From the IMG/VR virus record IMGVR_UViG_3300010398_000003, positions 1 to 60,156 of that record: a DNA stretch of 60,156 nucleotides; one strand, written 5' to 3'. The stretch comes from a virus. Within the stretch, counting starts at the first letter, position 1. Each line of letters opens with the position of its first letter. The position numbers and the translations under genes were made by a program. The notes under the pieces are model-generated. The model ran no database searches, was not told the DNA's origin, and saw only the letters and a program-made list of their open reading frames with translations. Below, piece by piece: positions 16,904 to 25,333 of this stretch.

Positions 16904-17851
16904 GTGGACTACATCCCACGGAGGTGTGATATCGCAACGAGACGGTACATTCCGAGCACGGATCCGCGCCTGAACCGGCACGTCTGGCACGACCCACACT
17001 CCCGGGCGTACACGCCAGATCTGACCGGGCTTGCGCTGAAGGCGTTCGCCTGGCAGGGGCCGGTCAACGCGCTCGACCAGGGTCAGGTTGGGGCCTGCAC
17101 GTCGGGCGCCAGCGCCACGTGCCTCCTGACTGGGCCGTTCCGGGTCCCGGCGGTCAGCGACCCGTACGGGGCACGGTGGGGGTCGCTCGGTACCACCCCG
17201 GCCATGTACGCCATGTACTCGGCGGAGGAGACGTACGACGGGGACGGACCGTATCCGCCCAACGACAGCGGTTCGACGGGCCTGACGGCCGGTCACGTGC
17301 TGCGCGATGCCGGGGTCATCTCCGGGTGGACGCAGACGTTCACGCTGGAGGACGCGCTGACCGCCGGCACCCAGCAGCCATGGATCACCGGGACCGACTG
17401 GCTCAATTCACAGTTCCAGGTGGATCCGAGGACGGGCCTGGTGACGGTCGACCGGAAGTCCGGGCTGGCTGGCGGCCACGAGTACACCGGCGTCGGGTAC
17501 GACCCGGTGCGCGGCTGGGTCTGGTACCGCCAGGACTGGGGCGACGCGTACGGCGTGGACGGCTCCCTCGTGCCGGTACCAGACGGCCAGGAGCCGCTGA
17601 TCGGTAACGGGTACTTCGCCATGCAGGCGGAGGACTACGGCTGGCTGCTCGGCCAGCAGGGCGACACCACGTTCTTCACGCTGCCTACCGCGCCGGCCCC
17701 GCAGCCCACGCCGGTACCGGTGGACAGCGCCGCGCAGGCGCTCGCCGACACCCTTGTCCACGACGGGTGGTACCGGCAGCATCACATCGGCGGCAATGGC
17801 CGCGTGGCACGGGCCGCCGGCCCGTGGCTCCAGGAGATCGGGAGGACATGA
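16904..17851 (+). CDS. papain-like (C1-type) cysteine peptidase, probable endolysin peptidase
   Basis: QGQVGACTSGA parallels the papain motif QGxCGSC. GGHEYTGVGYD parallels the His motif H..VGY. YRQDWGDAYG parallels NSWG. 315 aa with a Pro-rich linker and a C-terminal domain. Confidence 0.7.
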   Translation: MDYIPRRCDIATRRYIPSTDPRLNRHVWHDPHSRAYTPDLTGLALKAFAWQGPVNALDQGQVGACTSGASATCLLTGPFRVPAVSDPYGARWGSLGTTPAMYAMYSAEETYDGDGPYPPNDSGSTGLTAGHVLRDAGVISGWTQTFTLEDALTAGTQQPWITGTDWLNSQFQVDPRTGLVTVDRKSGLAGGHEYTGVGYDPVRGWVWYRQDWGDAYGVDGSLVPVPDGQEPLIGNGYFAMQAEDYGWLLGQQGDTTFFTLPTAPAPQPTPVPVDSAAQALADTLVHDGWYRQHHIGGNGRVARAAGPWLQEIGRT

Positions 17852-18177
17852 CCATGTGGACGGTGCAGTTCTGGAAGCAGGCCACCGAGCTGGCCATCCG
17901 GCAGGGTGCTGGCGCGCTGATCGCCATGTGGACGGTCGGGCAGGGGTTCAACGTTCTGCACGTGGACTGGTCGGGCGCCCTTGGCGTGACCGCTGGCGCC
18001 ATGGTGCTGTCGTTGCTGGGCTCTATCGTCGCGTCCGGCGTGGGCCAGCCCGGTACCGCGACGTTCACCCGCACGCGCGCCACGCCGGCTGGTCCGGCGC
18101 CCGAGGGCGGGCGACAGTACGGCGGCCGGATCGGTGGAGACGAGCCACCCAGGCCGGGCGCTGGCACCCGCTTCTGA
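17848..18177 (+). CDS. holin
   Basis: ATG 17848 overlaps the upstream stop (ATGA) after GGAGGA. 109 aa with two hydrophobic segments (AGALIAMWTVGQGF, ALGVTAGAMVLSLLGSIVASGV) and a hydrophilic tail. Last gene of the late operon. Confidence 0.6.
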   Translation: MTMWTVQFWKQATELAIRQGAGALIAMWTVGQGFNVLHVDWSGALGVTAGAMVLSLLGSIVASGVGQPGTATFTRTRATPAGPAPEGGRQYGGRIGGDEPPRPGAGTRF

Positions 18178-18188
18178 CGGTTACGCGA

Positions 18189-18222
18189 CAGCGCCACCGG
18201 GTATCCGTCCCCGGTGGCGCTG
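18189..18222. terminator. GC-rich hairpin at the convergence of late and leftward operons
   Basis: CAGCGCCACCGGG (18189-18201) pairs perfectly with CCCGGTGGCGCTG (18210-18222) around an 8-nt loop. The stem is followed by TTCGTTCT. Confidence 0.6.
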
Positions 18223-18363
18223 TTCGTTCTGCTCTGCCTGATCCTCGGGCTCCTGTGCTTCGCGGCCGCCGCGTTCGGAGTGGCCGTCACACGGGTCAAC
18301 CTCGTCACTCTCGGCCTGGCCTTCTGGATCCTGACGGACTTGGTGGCCGCGTGGCCGCGCTGA
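18214..18363 (+). CDS. possible 49-aa two-helix membrane peptide
   Basis: The GTG-initiated ORF VALFVLLCLILGLLCFAAAAFGVAVTRVNLVTLGLAFWILTDLVAAWPR is not in the ORF track because it is under 60 aa. Its start lies inside the terminator stem, so it is doubtful. Confidence 0.25.
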   Translation: MALFVLLCLILGLLCFAAAAFGVAVTRVNLVTLGLAFWILTDLVAAWPR

Positions 18364-18489
18364 TCACTTCGTGGGGCCACACTCGACCGGGCCCCAGTCG
18401 GACTCCAGCATGATCAGGATGGCGACGAACGCCGCCGCCTTCATCCACAACGGAACCAGGGTCCACGCGGCGCCCAGTCTGTAGATCAT
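18364..18489 (-). CDS. 41-aa membrane peptide
   Basis: ATG 18489 overlaps the stop of 18486..19070 (ATGA). Sequence: MIYRLGAAWTLVPLWMKAAAFVAILIMLESDWGPVECGPTK. Confidence 0.4.
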   Translation of the reverse strand: MIYRLGAAWTLVPLWMKAAAFVAILIMLESDWGPVECGPTK

Positions 18490-19070
18490 TCCAACTCCTT
18501 CGCCTTGTCCGCCGCGAACTCCGCCACCTTGCGGAGGTACATCTCGCCGTCGCTCGCCTTGCTCAGCAGCTTCCGCACCGCGTCCAGCACGGCCATACCC
18601 TCACCGAACGGCTCCGCCGTCTCCGGCATGCCCAGCAGCCGGCGGAGCTGACGGTCGTTCCGCTCCCACCACTTGTTGGCGTCCACCGTCTGGGCGAGCT
18701 GGCCGTGCTCCGGACACCTCGGGTCGTCCTCGCGGTCGCCGCTCTCCGGGTCCCCGAAGGACGAGACGGTGGAGCAGGTGCACAGCTCGTACCCGGTGGC
18801 CCAGGCGAATAGGGTAGCGAGACCGACGGCCGCCTTCGCCTCCGGTTCGCGCCCCTCGTCCTCGGCCTGGTACAGGACCACGTACATCTCGGCGCGCGGG
18901 ACGCCGTCGTGCTCGGTGCCGTACCAGTGCGCCGGCCCCATGGCGGTGTCGAACTCGGTCCCCTGAACCCGGGCCGTCACGAGCTGCTCGTCGGGCTCGT
19001 GCCAGTCCGGGCGCACCCGCAGCTCCTTGGCCAGCTCCACCAGCTGATCCCGGCGGATGATCCTCTTCAT
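18486..19070 (-). CDS. hypothetical protein
   Basis: 194-aa ORF, ATGA-coupled to the upstream gene. Coding-like composition. No motif recognised. Confidence 0.65.
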   Translation of the reverse strand: MKRIIRRDQLVELAKELRVRPDWHEPDEQLVTARVQGTEFDTAMGPAHWYGTEHDGVPRAEMYVVLYQAEDEGREPEAKAAVGLATLFAWATGYELCTCSTVSSFGDPESGDREDDPRCPEHGQLAQTVDANKWWERNDRQLRRLLGMPETAEPFGEGMAVLDAVRKLLSKASDGEMYLRKVAEFAADKAKELE

Positions 19071-19372
19071 CGGTGGTACCTCCAGGTGATGTAGGCCGCG
19101 TGCACGGCGGTGGACACGACGACAACGCCGATGATGACGAGCGCGCCGGCCACACTGCCAGTCCAGACCGCGTCCACAGCCCAGGCGAAGAACCGGTCCA
19201 GGGTGTGCACCAGCCAGTCAGCGCAGGCCAGGAACGGCGTCCGTAGGTAGAGGGCGGCGGTGGCGCCCGTGGCGAGCGCCGCGAACGCGCCGCCGGCCAC
19301 GTAGAGGACCGTGGGGTTCACGCCGGCCAGGGCGCGGATCACCCTGGCCGGCCACTGTGACAGCTTGATCAT
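19067..19372 (-). CDS. membrane protein
   Basis: 101 aa with hydrophobic helices (VLYVAGGAFAALATGATAALYL, AGALVIIGVVVVSTAV). ATGA coupling at both ends. Confidence 0.6.
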   Translation of the reverse strand: MIKLSQWPARVIRALAGVNPTVLYVAGGAFAALATGATAALYLRTPFLACADWLVHTLDRFFAWAVDAVWTGSVAGALVIIGVVVVSTAVHAAYITWRYHR

Positions 19373-19872
19373 GCCGTCACCAGCGCTTCCACCTCAGTCA
19401 GGTGCAGGACGCTCGCCGCCGTGGCACCGTCCAGCGAGGTCAGGTCGGCCTCGGCCGCCCCGCAGTAGCAGTCCCAGGCGTACGTGCCGCCGCCGTCGTA
19501 GTGGGCGCCGGCCGCGTGCATCTGGCCGTCGCTGCCCCGGACCAGGCCGGGCTGGAGTACGCCGCCCTCCTCCAGCCATCGCTGGGCGGTGGCCCAGTCC
19601 TCCCGGAGCGCGGCCTGGAGAGCGCCGCTGTAGACGGGGTTCCCGTTGTCCCTTTCCCAACGCTCGCAGGCGTCCAGCCGGTCCCGCTGCTGCCACTTCA
19701 GGCCGAAGTGCTCCTTCAGCGCGGCGTAGGCGTCCATCTGGACGATGGTGTGGAGCTGGGTCGCGAGCTTCTGCTTGGCCAGCTCGGTCTTGACGTACTG
19801 GTCGGCGGTGGGGCTGGTGCCGGTCTCCAGCAGCTCCTTGGTCACCTGCTGGGCCTTCGTCAACTTCGCCAT
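19369..19872 (-). CDS. hypothetical protein
   Basis: Start taken at ATG 19872 (MAKLTKAQQ), 15 nt downstream of dyad element A, after GGAGAGGA. 167 aa. Confidence 0.6.
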   Translation of the reverse strand: MAKLTKAQQVTKELLETGTSPTADQYVKTELAKQKLATQLHTIVQMDAYAALKEHFGLKWQQRDRLDACERWERDNGNPVYSGALQAALREDWATAQRWLEEGGVLQPGLVRGSDGQMHAAGAHYDGGGTYAWDCYCGAAEADLTSLDGATAASVLHLTEVEALVTA

Positions 19873-19887
19873 GGTCCTGATCCTCTC

Positions 19888-19938
19888 CCTGTCGTGCGTA
19901 CCTCTACAGGATAGCACACGCCTTGACTGGGCTGTCAA
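19888..19938 (-). promoter_or_regulatory. promoter/operator A: 23-bp dyad element plus TTGAC-N6-GTCAA palindrome
   Basis: On the minus strand it reads TTGACA(19938-19933)-19 nt-TATCCT(19913-19908), then CCTGTAGAGGTACGCACGACAGG (19910-19888). The palindrome is TTGAC 19923-19927 / GTCAA 19934-19938. Confidence 0.6.
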
Positions 19939-20207
19939 TGCGGGGGAGGGCCGGCGATCCGCATGGTCAGCTCCGCGCCGGCCAGCTCGGCCAGCCGATC
20001 GCCGAACTCGGCCAGGTCCCGAAGCTGCCTCTCCGTCAGGTCATCCAGCTGGATCTTCAGCCCGTCGCTCGCGGCACCCTCGGTCGCGCGGAACCGGGCG
20101 AAGGAGCCACTGACCCGGAAGCCCAGGCCGGCGTCTAGGAGGGCGCGGTTCCACTCCTCGGCCGCCTTCTTCAGTGCGGCCACGATCTCGTCAGCGGCGG
20201 CCGTCAT
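19935..20207 (-). CDS. hypothetical protein
   Basis: ATG 20207 (MTAAADEIVAALKK) in frame within ORF 19935..20327. 90 aa, helical and acidic. Confidence 0.5.
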   Translation of the reverse strand: MTAAADEIVAALKKAAEEWNRALLDAGLGFRVSGSFARFRATEGAASDGLKIQLDDLTERQLRDLAEFGDRLAELAGAELTMRIAGPPPH

Positions 20208-20715
20208 CGGTAGATCCTTCCCGCTGGGCGAGGGCCGCGTACCAGAGCCCTTCGGTGTCGTAGGTGAAGCCCTCGCCGAGGGAGCGTAGGGCGATCTGCT
20301 CCAGATGGCGCTTGACGCCGGGATCAACCGTCACCGAGAAGGTGACGAACCGGCCGCCCTCGTCCAGTTTGGTCCCGGGTGGCGCGTCTTCCTGCCCGAG
20401 CATGATCCCGTGCGCGCGGGACTGGAGCCATCGGGTCAGCCACTCCTGGTTGCGGACCGTGAGTACTTCGATCACCTCGGTCTGGCCGGCCGCGTGGTTC
20501 TTGCGCAGCCACGCCAGGAACGCCTGGAGATCCTCCACCTGGAGACTCGGATTGCTGACCGACGTGGAGCCGGTCATCTCCCCCTTCACGGTCGCGGTGA
20601 TCGCCGTCTGGTTCGCGTCGAACTCGTGCCGCGCCTCGTCCTTCAGGAGCAGGGCCGCCGCCTTCGCCATGGCCTCCGCGTACGCCTTGATCCTCATCAG
20701 GTCGCGCCGGTTCAC
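20191..20715 (-). CDS. hypothetical protein
   Basis: GTG 20715 overlaps the upstream stop (GTGA), in frame within ORF 20191..21030. 174 aa. Confidence 0.55.
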   Translation of the reverse strand: MNRRDLMRIKAYAEAMAKAAALLLKDEARHEFDANQTAITATVKGEMTGSTSVSNPSLQVEDLQAFLAWLRKNHAAGQTEVIEVLTVRNQEWLTRWLQSRAHGIMLGQEDAPPGTKLDEGGRFVTFSVTVDPGVKRHLEQIALRSLGEGFTYDTEGLWYAALAQREGSTDDGRR

Positions 20716-21191
20716 CGCCGCACCTCCACATCCAGCTCGGCGAGGATGGTCTCCACCCGGCCCCACCCGTCCACCCGGATGCCCCGGGTGGACGCGCGGT
20801 ACGCGTGGCCTGGTACGACTGCCATTGCCTGGGTCGTCCTCTGGTCGCTCTCCGGATGGACGAGCGTCACCGAGACGATGACCGGGGCCGCGAGCTGGGC
20901 CTTCAGTTGGCGGATCTTCTGCCTCAGCTCCTTGCGCGTGGGCCGGCGCCTCGGCGCGTCCGCCCCGTACTGGAGGCCGCCGCGCGTGACGCTGACCGGA
21001 GGCAGGAAGGCATCGGCGGGCGCGCACCATCCGCCGTCCGCGTGCACCGGCTCCTTTCGGATCTCCTCGTACCGCGTCAGAATCTTGACCAGGGTGTCGA
21101 CGACGAGGCTGCTTCGGCGCCTGCCGAAGATGAAGCCGACCGCCTCGTCCAGCATGTCGATCAACTCGGCCGGCACCTCGACGCTGATCAC
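20712..21191 (-). CDS. ribbon-helix-helix domain protein
   Basis: GTG 21191 overlaps the ERF stop after AGGAGGGG. The N-terminus VISVEVPAELIDMLDEAVGFIFGRRRSSLVVDTLVKIL fits a CopG/MetJ-type strand-helix-helix. Confidence 0.55.
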   Translation of the reverse strand: MISVEVPAELIDMLDEAVGFIFGRRRSSLVVDTLVKILTRYEEIRKEPVHADGGWCAPADAFLPPVSVTRGGLQYGADAPRRRPTRKELRQKIRQLKAQLAAPVIVSVTLVHPESDQRTTQAMAVVPGHAYRASTRGIRVDGWGRVETILAELDVEVRR

Positions 21192-22780
21192 TTCCCCTCC
21201 TTCAGGTAGAACCGACGGGCGGCCACCCCGGCGTAGGCGCGTTCGGCCAGCTTCGCATCCAGCTGGGGCTCGGCCTGCTGGCGGTCCTTGTTGACCAGCA
21301 GCGTGACGGCGTCCAGCTCCTCCATGGAGATGGCGGTCTCGGCCAGCCACGCCGCGAAGTTGAACAGGTTCAGGTGGACAGCCGGCAGACTACGCAGCAT
21401 CGCATCCAGCGCGGCGTGCTCGTCAGCGGACACCTCGCCGCGCTCGAACAGACCCAGCAGGTCGTCCATCAGGGCGGCGATCGACTTGCCATCGGTCAGC
21501 TCGGGCGAGCGGATCCGCGTCCGCGTGTCCAGATAGGCCACACTCGGCGTGCCGATCGTCGGAGGCCAGAACTCTGGGACCGGCTCGTCGTCGTAGTTCT
21601 CCATGGGCTCGTCCTGCTCGGGTAGCTCGTCCAGGGCCTCGGCGTTGTCCGCGTGCCCGGTACCGGGAAGCGGGCCCATCCTGGCCCGGTCCTCCTCGCG
21701 CTGGAGGGCACCCTGGCGCTCGGCCTGGACGGTGCGCAGCCGCTCGCCGGCCGCCGCGCTTACTCCGCCACCCTGAATGGCGTGGCTGATCCGCTTGTCC
21801 ACGTGGCGCAGGTCGTCGAACGTCCGGCACTCCACGATGGCCAGCTCCAGCTCCTCCGCCAGGGTGCCGTCGGCCGGCTTCCGGGTGGCCTCGGCGAGTA
21901 CCTGGCCGTGTCGGCTGTGCCGCTCAACGGGGCCGACGCCTTCGTGCGACCACGGCAACCGTGCCTCGCCGACCGCGCCCAAGGTCTTGTTCAGCGCTAC
22001 CCACTCGTCCCGGTTGCGCGGCGTCTCGATGATCTCGGCGAGCCGGGCGCCGAACCGGGCCGACATCTCCTCGGTGCGCCCCTCTGGCTCCATCCGCTCC
22101 CAGAACGCCGCCAGATCCTTCGGCTCGGCCCTGGCGATCCGGGCCTGGAAGTCACCCCGGTCGCGTTCCTCGCGCCGGCTCTCGGCCCGCTGGTGGCCCG
22201 CGCTGGCCGCGTCCGCGTCGTCGTCGTCCTCCGCCGGGGCGAGCCCCGTCACGGCCTGGAAGCAGTACCGCCGGGCATAGGTGATGTGCGAGCCGATCGT
22301 CTTCGGATCCGCCGTACCGGGTTTCGGCAGCGGCCAGAAGCCCCCATCCTCCTCGCCGGAGGTGTGTCGGAGGATGTAGGCGAGACCGAAACCCTCCGGC
22401 GTCATGGTCGGCTTGGCCGAGAAGCTTAGACCGTACCGGCCCAACATGCGCATGCCGACCCGGCTCACGTCGGCCAGGTTGGCGTACCGGTACCGGTAGC
22501 TGCGTTTGCCCTCCTTCGCCTCGATGTCCGCCTCGTCCGCCGCGATCACGTCGGGAAGCTGTGACTGGAACAGCGCCAGGGCGGCGGCGAGGGAGGCGGG
22601 GGACTCCGACAGCAGGACGCGGGGAGGGCCGGCTATCGCGCGCTTCAGCAGGTCAGCCAACTGCTCGTCTTCCGGCAGGCTGGCGGGATCGAGGACGACG
22701 GGGGTGGCGGGGCCGAACGTCGCGTCCAGCTCCTCTTCGGTGACCGGGATCTGGCGCCGGTCAGGTTGCGCTCGGGACAT
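21188..22780 (-). CDS. ERF-family single-strand annealing recombinase with long C-terminal extension
   Basis: YRYRYANLADVSRVGMRMLGRYGLSF and GSHITYARRYCFQAVTGLAPAEDDDD match the conserved ERF core. 530 aa. Confidence 0.8.
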   Translation of the reverse strand: MSRAQPDRRQIPVTEEELDATFGPATPVVLDPASLPEDEQLADLLKRAIAGPPRVLLSESPASLAAALALFQSQLPDVIAADEADIEAKEGKRSYRYRYANLADVSRVGMRMLGRYGLSFSAKPTMTPEGFGLAYILRHTSGEEDGGFWPLPKPGTADPKTIGSHITYARRYCFQAVTGLAPAEDDDDADAASAGHQRAESRREERDRGDFQARIARAEPKDLAAFWERMEPEGRTEEMSARFGARLAEIIETPRNRDEWVALNKTLGAVGEARLPWSHEGVGPVERHSRHGQVLAEATRKPADGTLAEELELAIVECRTFDDLRHVDKRISHAIQGGGVSAAAGERLRTVQAERQGALQREEDRARMGPLPGTGHADNAEALDELPEQDEPMENYDDEPVPEFWPPTIGTPSVAYLDTRTRIRSPELTDGKSIAALMDDLLGLFERGEVSADEHAALDAMLRSLPAVHLNLFNFAAWLAETAISMEELDAVTLLVNKDRQQAEPQLDAKLAERAYAGVAARRFYLKEGK

Positions 22781-22820
22781 GTGTCTCTCCTTGCCCGCTG
22801 GTCCGGGTGTCGAGCGTATA

Positions 22821-22843
22821 TCTGTCGAGCGACACTATACAGG
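22821..22843 (-). promoter_or_regulatory. 23-bp dyad element H upstream of the ERF gene
   Basis: The minus strand reads CCTGTATAGTGTCGCTCGACAGA. Its TAG is the stop codon of 22835..23338. It lies 40 nt upstream of ATG 22780. Confidence 0.5.
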
Positions 22844-23338
22844 AGCGACGGCGTCCAGGTCGACCCAGACCCGCAGATCCTCCTCAGTGATCTTCACCCA
22901 GTTCAGGCGTAGCCTCTGGGCCTGCTTCAGGCAGTTGATCGTTCCCGGGCTGTGCGAGCGGCACTGGATGCCCACCACAAGATCCGGCATCTCGGTGCGC
23001 AGCATGAAGCCGTTGCGGGCGCGTCCTGCGTACCGGCCCAGACTCCAGTCCGGCAGGTACGACGGCGGTATCGAGGCGCCACACCGGGCTCCGGCCTCCT
23101 CCGCCCAGGTGTCCACCCCGGACGCACCACCCTGGGCCAGCCGCACCACCTGAGGGCGTCGGCGGGCCACGACCAGGCGTACCACGGCGATGACCACCGG
23201 ACGCCAGATGATCGACATCTCCACGTCGCCTCGCTCCCGGCGCGAGCCGGCCACCACCAACCGGAACTCCTCCCGGACGGGGGTGGCCTTCTCCAGCGCG
23301 CGGTTCACCTTGTCCAGGTAGGCCGGAACCCTGCTCAC
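22835..23338 (-). CDS. DUF2493 / SLOG-like protein
   Basis: LVVAGSRR followed by RLAQGGASGVDTWAEEAGARCG. This is the GGAxGxD glycine-rich loop typical of the phage DUF2493 branch of the SLOG/DprA-like fold. Confidence 0.6.
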   Translation of the reverse strand: MSRVPAYLDKVNRALEKATPVREEFRLVVAGSRRERGDVEMSIIWRPVVIAVVRLVVARRRPQVVRLAQGGASGVDTWAEEAGARCGASIPPSYLPDWSLGRYAGRARNGFMLRTEMPDLVVGIQCRSHSPGTINCLKQAQRLRLNWVKITEEDLRVWVDLDAVAPV

Positions 23339-23778
23339 GCGACCTGCCGTTCCAGGGCCTCCAGGGCACGCTGACGGGCTGCCTCGAACTCGGCCGCCTC
23401 GTCACCCACCAGGCGTGGTGACGCGGTGTCGGGCCGGCGGTGCAGCCGCTGCGGGTCACCCACCCGGCGCGCCAGCCCGGCGATCGCCTGACGGTACTCG
23501 GCGTTGGGTTCGGTGAACTCCCGCGTCCGACGCTCGATGGCCCGGCGCTCCCGGTCGGCGCGGGCCGCCCGGAACTCCAGAGCCCGGCGCCGGATGGAGG
23601 CCGGCAGGAGCTGGCCCTTCTCGTTCAGCCGGAAGTACTCGGCGACGGCTGCCTGGGCGTCCGCAACGTCGATGTTGCGGAACTGTTCCAACCAGACCTC
23701 GGCCGCGCCCTCGGGGAAGGGCCGGCGGTCCTGCGCTTCGATGTGGGCCAGCATGGCCTGGACTTCGCCGATGTTCAT
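23335..23778 (-). CDS. hypothetical helical protein
   Basis: 147-aa ORF, GTGA/ATGA-coupled on both sides. Arg/Glu/Ala-rich. Confidence 0.6.
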   Translation of the reverse strand: MNIGEVQAMLAHIEAQDRRPFPEGAAEVWLEQFRNIDVADAQAAVAEYFRLNEKGQLLPASIRRRALEFRAARADRERRAIERRTREFTEPNAEYRQAIAGLARRVGDPQRLHRRPDTASPRLVGDEAAEFEAARQRALEALERQVA

Positions 23779-24809
23779 GCCGTCACCTCCGGGACGGGTC
23801 CTTCGATCACCTCGGCCACGATCACGTCCGGGTCATTGTACCCAGACCCTCTACGATCGCGCAGGAGTGTTTCGTGGATTCCGTCCACCCTTGCCCAAAA
23901 CGTCTTCGCCTCGGGGGTACCCAGCCGGGGGATCTCGGTACCCTCCTGCTCGCACAGCTTGTCCGCGATGGCGTAGCGCTGGGCGTAGTGCGCATCCCGT
24001 TCACGCCTCTTCTCGGCCGCCGTCTTGAACTCCTGGCGGCCGGCCGGCGGGGCGGACACGGGGCGCCCGGCGCGCTGGATCTCGATGATCACGTTGTCCA
24101 GGAGCCCGGGGCGGCTCTCCTGATGGCGCTCCAGCATGAGCGCGAGTGCCTTCTTGACCGTCCGCTCGTCGAAACCCTGTCCCAGTAGGTCCTTGATCTT
24201 CGCGCCGTAGCGGCCGATGGCCTGCTTGGTCAACGTCACATGTTGTGACGCGCAGTAGTCGATCCAGTCGGCCACTACGGACCCCCCACTCGCCGGCTTG
24301 GGCTCCTGCTCCTCGGATGTCCCCCGGCCCTCGGTAGCCTCCGCGCCAGCGGAAGCTGGCGGCTTAGTCGTCTTCTGGTTGGTCTTCTTAGAGGTGTTCT
24401 TCTTAGTAGCGGATTCTCCGGCGCCGGATTTTCCGTCGCTGGTTTCACCTGCGGAAACGTCCTCTTCTTGCTGGTCAGCTCCAGGGACGGGTTTTCCGTC
24501 GCCGGACCATCCGTCGGTGGGCGCGGTCACCTCGTAGTCGAAACCGGCGGTGCGCCCGTGCTCGTCCCGTAACGGGAGGCGGCGCAGCACTCCGACCTCT
24601 TCCAGCTCGCGTAGCCCGGCGCGCACCGCGTCCCGGGAGTCCTTGCCCTCGGCGATGATCTGCTCGGTGGACAGGCTGTAGTCGGCCGCGTGGCTCATGA
24701 CGTAGGCGAGCAGACCCTTGGCCTTCCAGGTCAGGCGTGGGTCGCGGAGCATGGCGTTGGATATGATCGTGAACTCGTCGGCGGGCACCTTGCCTCGGCG
24801 GATCGCCAT
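23775..24809 (-). CDS. replication organiser / winged-helix DNA-binding protein
   Basis: FTIISNAMLRDPRLTWKAKGLLAYVMSH...STEQIIAEGKDSRDAVRAGLRELEEVGVLRR is a winged-helix initiator-type N-domain. It is followed by a low-complexity linker and a helical C-domain. The start is ATG 24809, or ATG 24881 further upstream. Confidence 0.6.
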   Translation of the reverse strand: MAIRRGKVPADEFTIISNAMLRDPRLTWKAKGLLAYVMSHAADYSLSTEQIIAEGKDSRDAVRAGLRELEEVGVLRRLPLRDEHGRTAGFDYEVTAPTDGWSGDGKPVPGADQQEEDVSAGETSDGKSGAGESATKKNTSKKTNQKTTKPPASAGAEATEGRGTSEEQEPKPASGGSVVADWIDYCASQHVTLTKQAIGRYGAKIKDLLGQGFDERTVKKALALMLERHQESRPGLLDNVIIEIQRAGRPVSAPPAGRQEFKTAAEKRRERDAHYAQRYAIADKLCEQEGTEIPRLGTPEAKTFWARVDGIHETLLRDRRGSGYNDPDVIVAEVIEGPVPEVTA

Positions 24810-24893
24810 GGGGTGCGCTATCCTCTCGCTCGGGTAGGGGTGACGGGAACGGGTCGGCGAGGGGTCGCCGGCCTGTTCCATTTCTCGGGCAGG

Positions 24894-25250
24894 CTACGCC
24901 GCCGCGCGCCGCTCCGAACAGGCCGGCGAATGCTGCCAGCGGTCGGTGGCCACCAGCCAGTCGACGATCTCGGACAGCGGGAACCGCTGGAGGGTCTTGT
25001 TCGCGCTGACCACCACCGCGTGCTTCTCGTCGGGGGTGGGGAACGGGCGCACCTCCTTGCCGTTGCGCATCTTCCGCTCATCCACCGGTTGGGCGTGGCT
25101 GCGCCAGCGCCACTGCTGGACCGTGTTGGCCGGCCGGCCGGCCAGGGCGGCCACCTGGAACTGGTAGAGCAGCGGATCCGCGTCCCGGGACAGCTCCGGC
25201 CACTGCTTATGGATCCACTTCAGGGCGGCCCAGAACGGGTCAGCGGCCAT
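24894..25250 (-). CDS. HTH DNA-binding protein, first gene of the leftward operon (Cro/Xis-like candidate)
   Basis: 118 aa. GAGGAGG RBS on the minus strand. YQFQVAALAGRPANTVQQWRWR is a helix-turn-helix-like segment. Confidence 0.55.
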   Translation of the reverse strand: MAADPFWAALKWIHKQWPELSRDADPLLYQFQVAALAGRPANTVQQWRWRSHAQPVDERKMRNGKEVRPFPTPDEKHAVVVSANKTLQRFPLSEIVDWLVATDRWQHSPACSERRAAA

Positions 25251-25253
25251 TGG

Positions 25254-25295
25254 TGTACCTCCTCGGACTTGACGTGTAGAGGTACACTATACAAT
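25254..25295. promoter_or_regulatory. divergent control region with dyad element J
   Basis: Inverted repeat TGTACCTC (25254-25261) / GAGGTACA (25279-25286). The sequence CGTGTAGAGGTACACTATACAAT (25273-25295) matches the dyad element on both strands. Candidate hexamers are TTGACG 25269-25274 and TACAAT 25290-25295 rightward, and TATAGT leftward. Confidence 0.5.
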
Positions 25296-25333
25296 CATGG
25301 AGCCGGACAGAGAAGCGCCGAGGGAGGCGAGTC

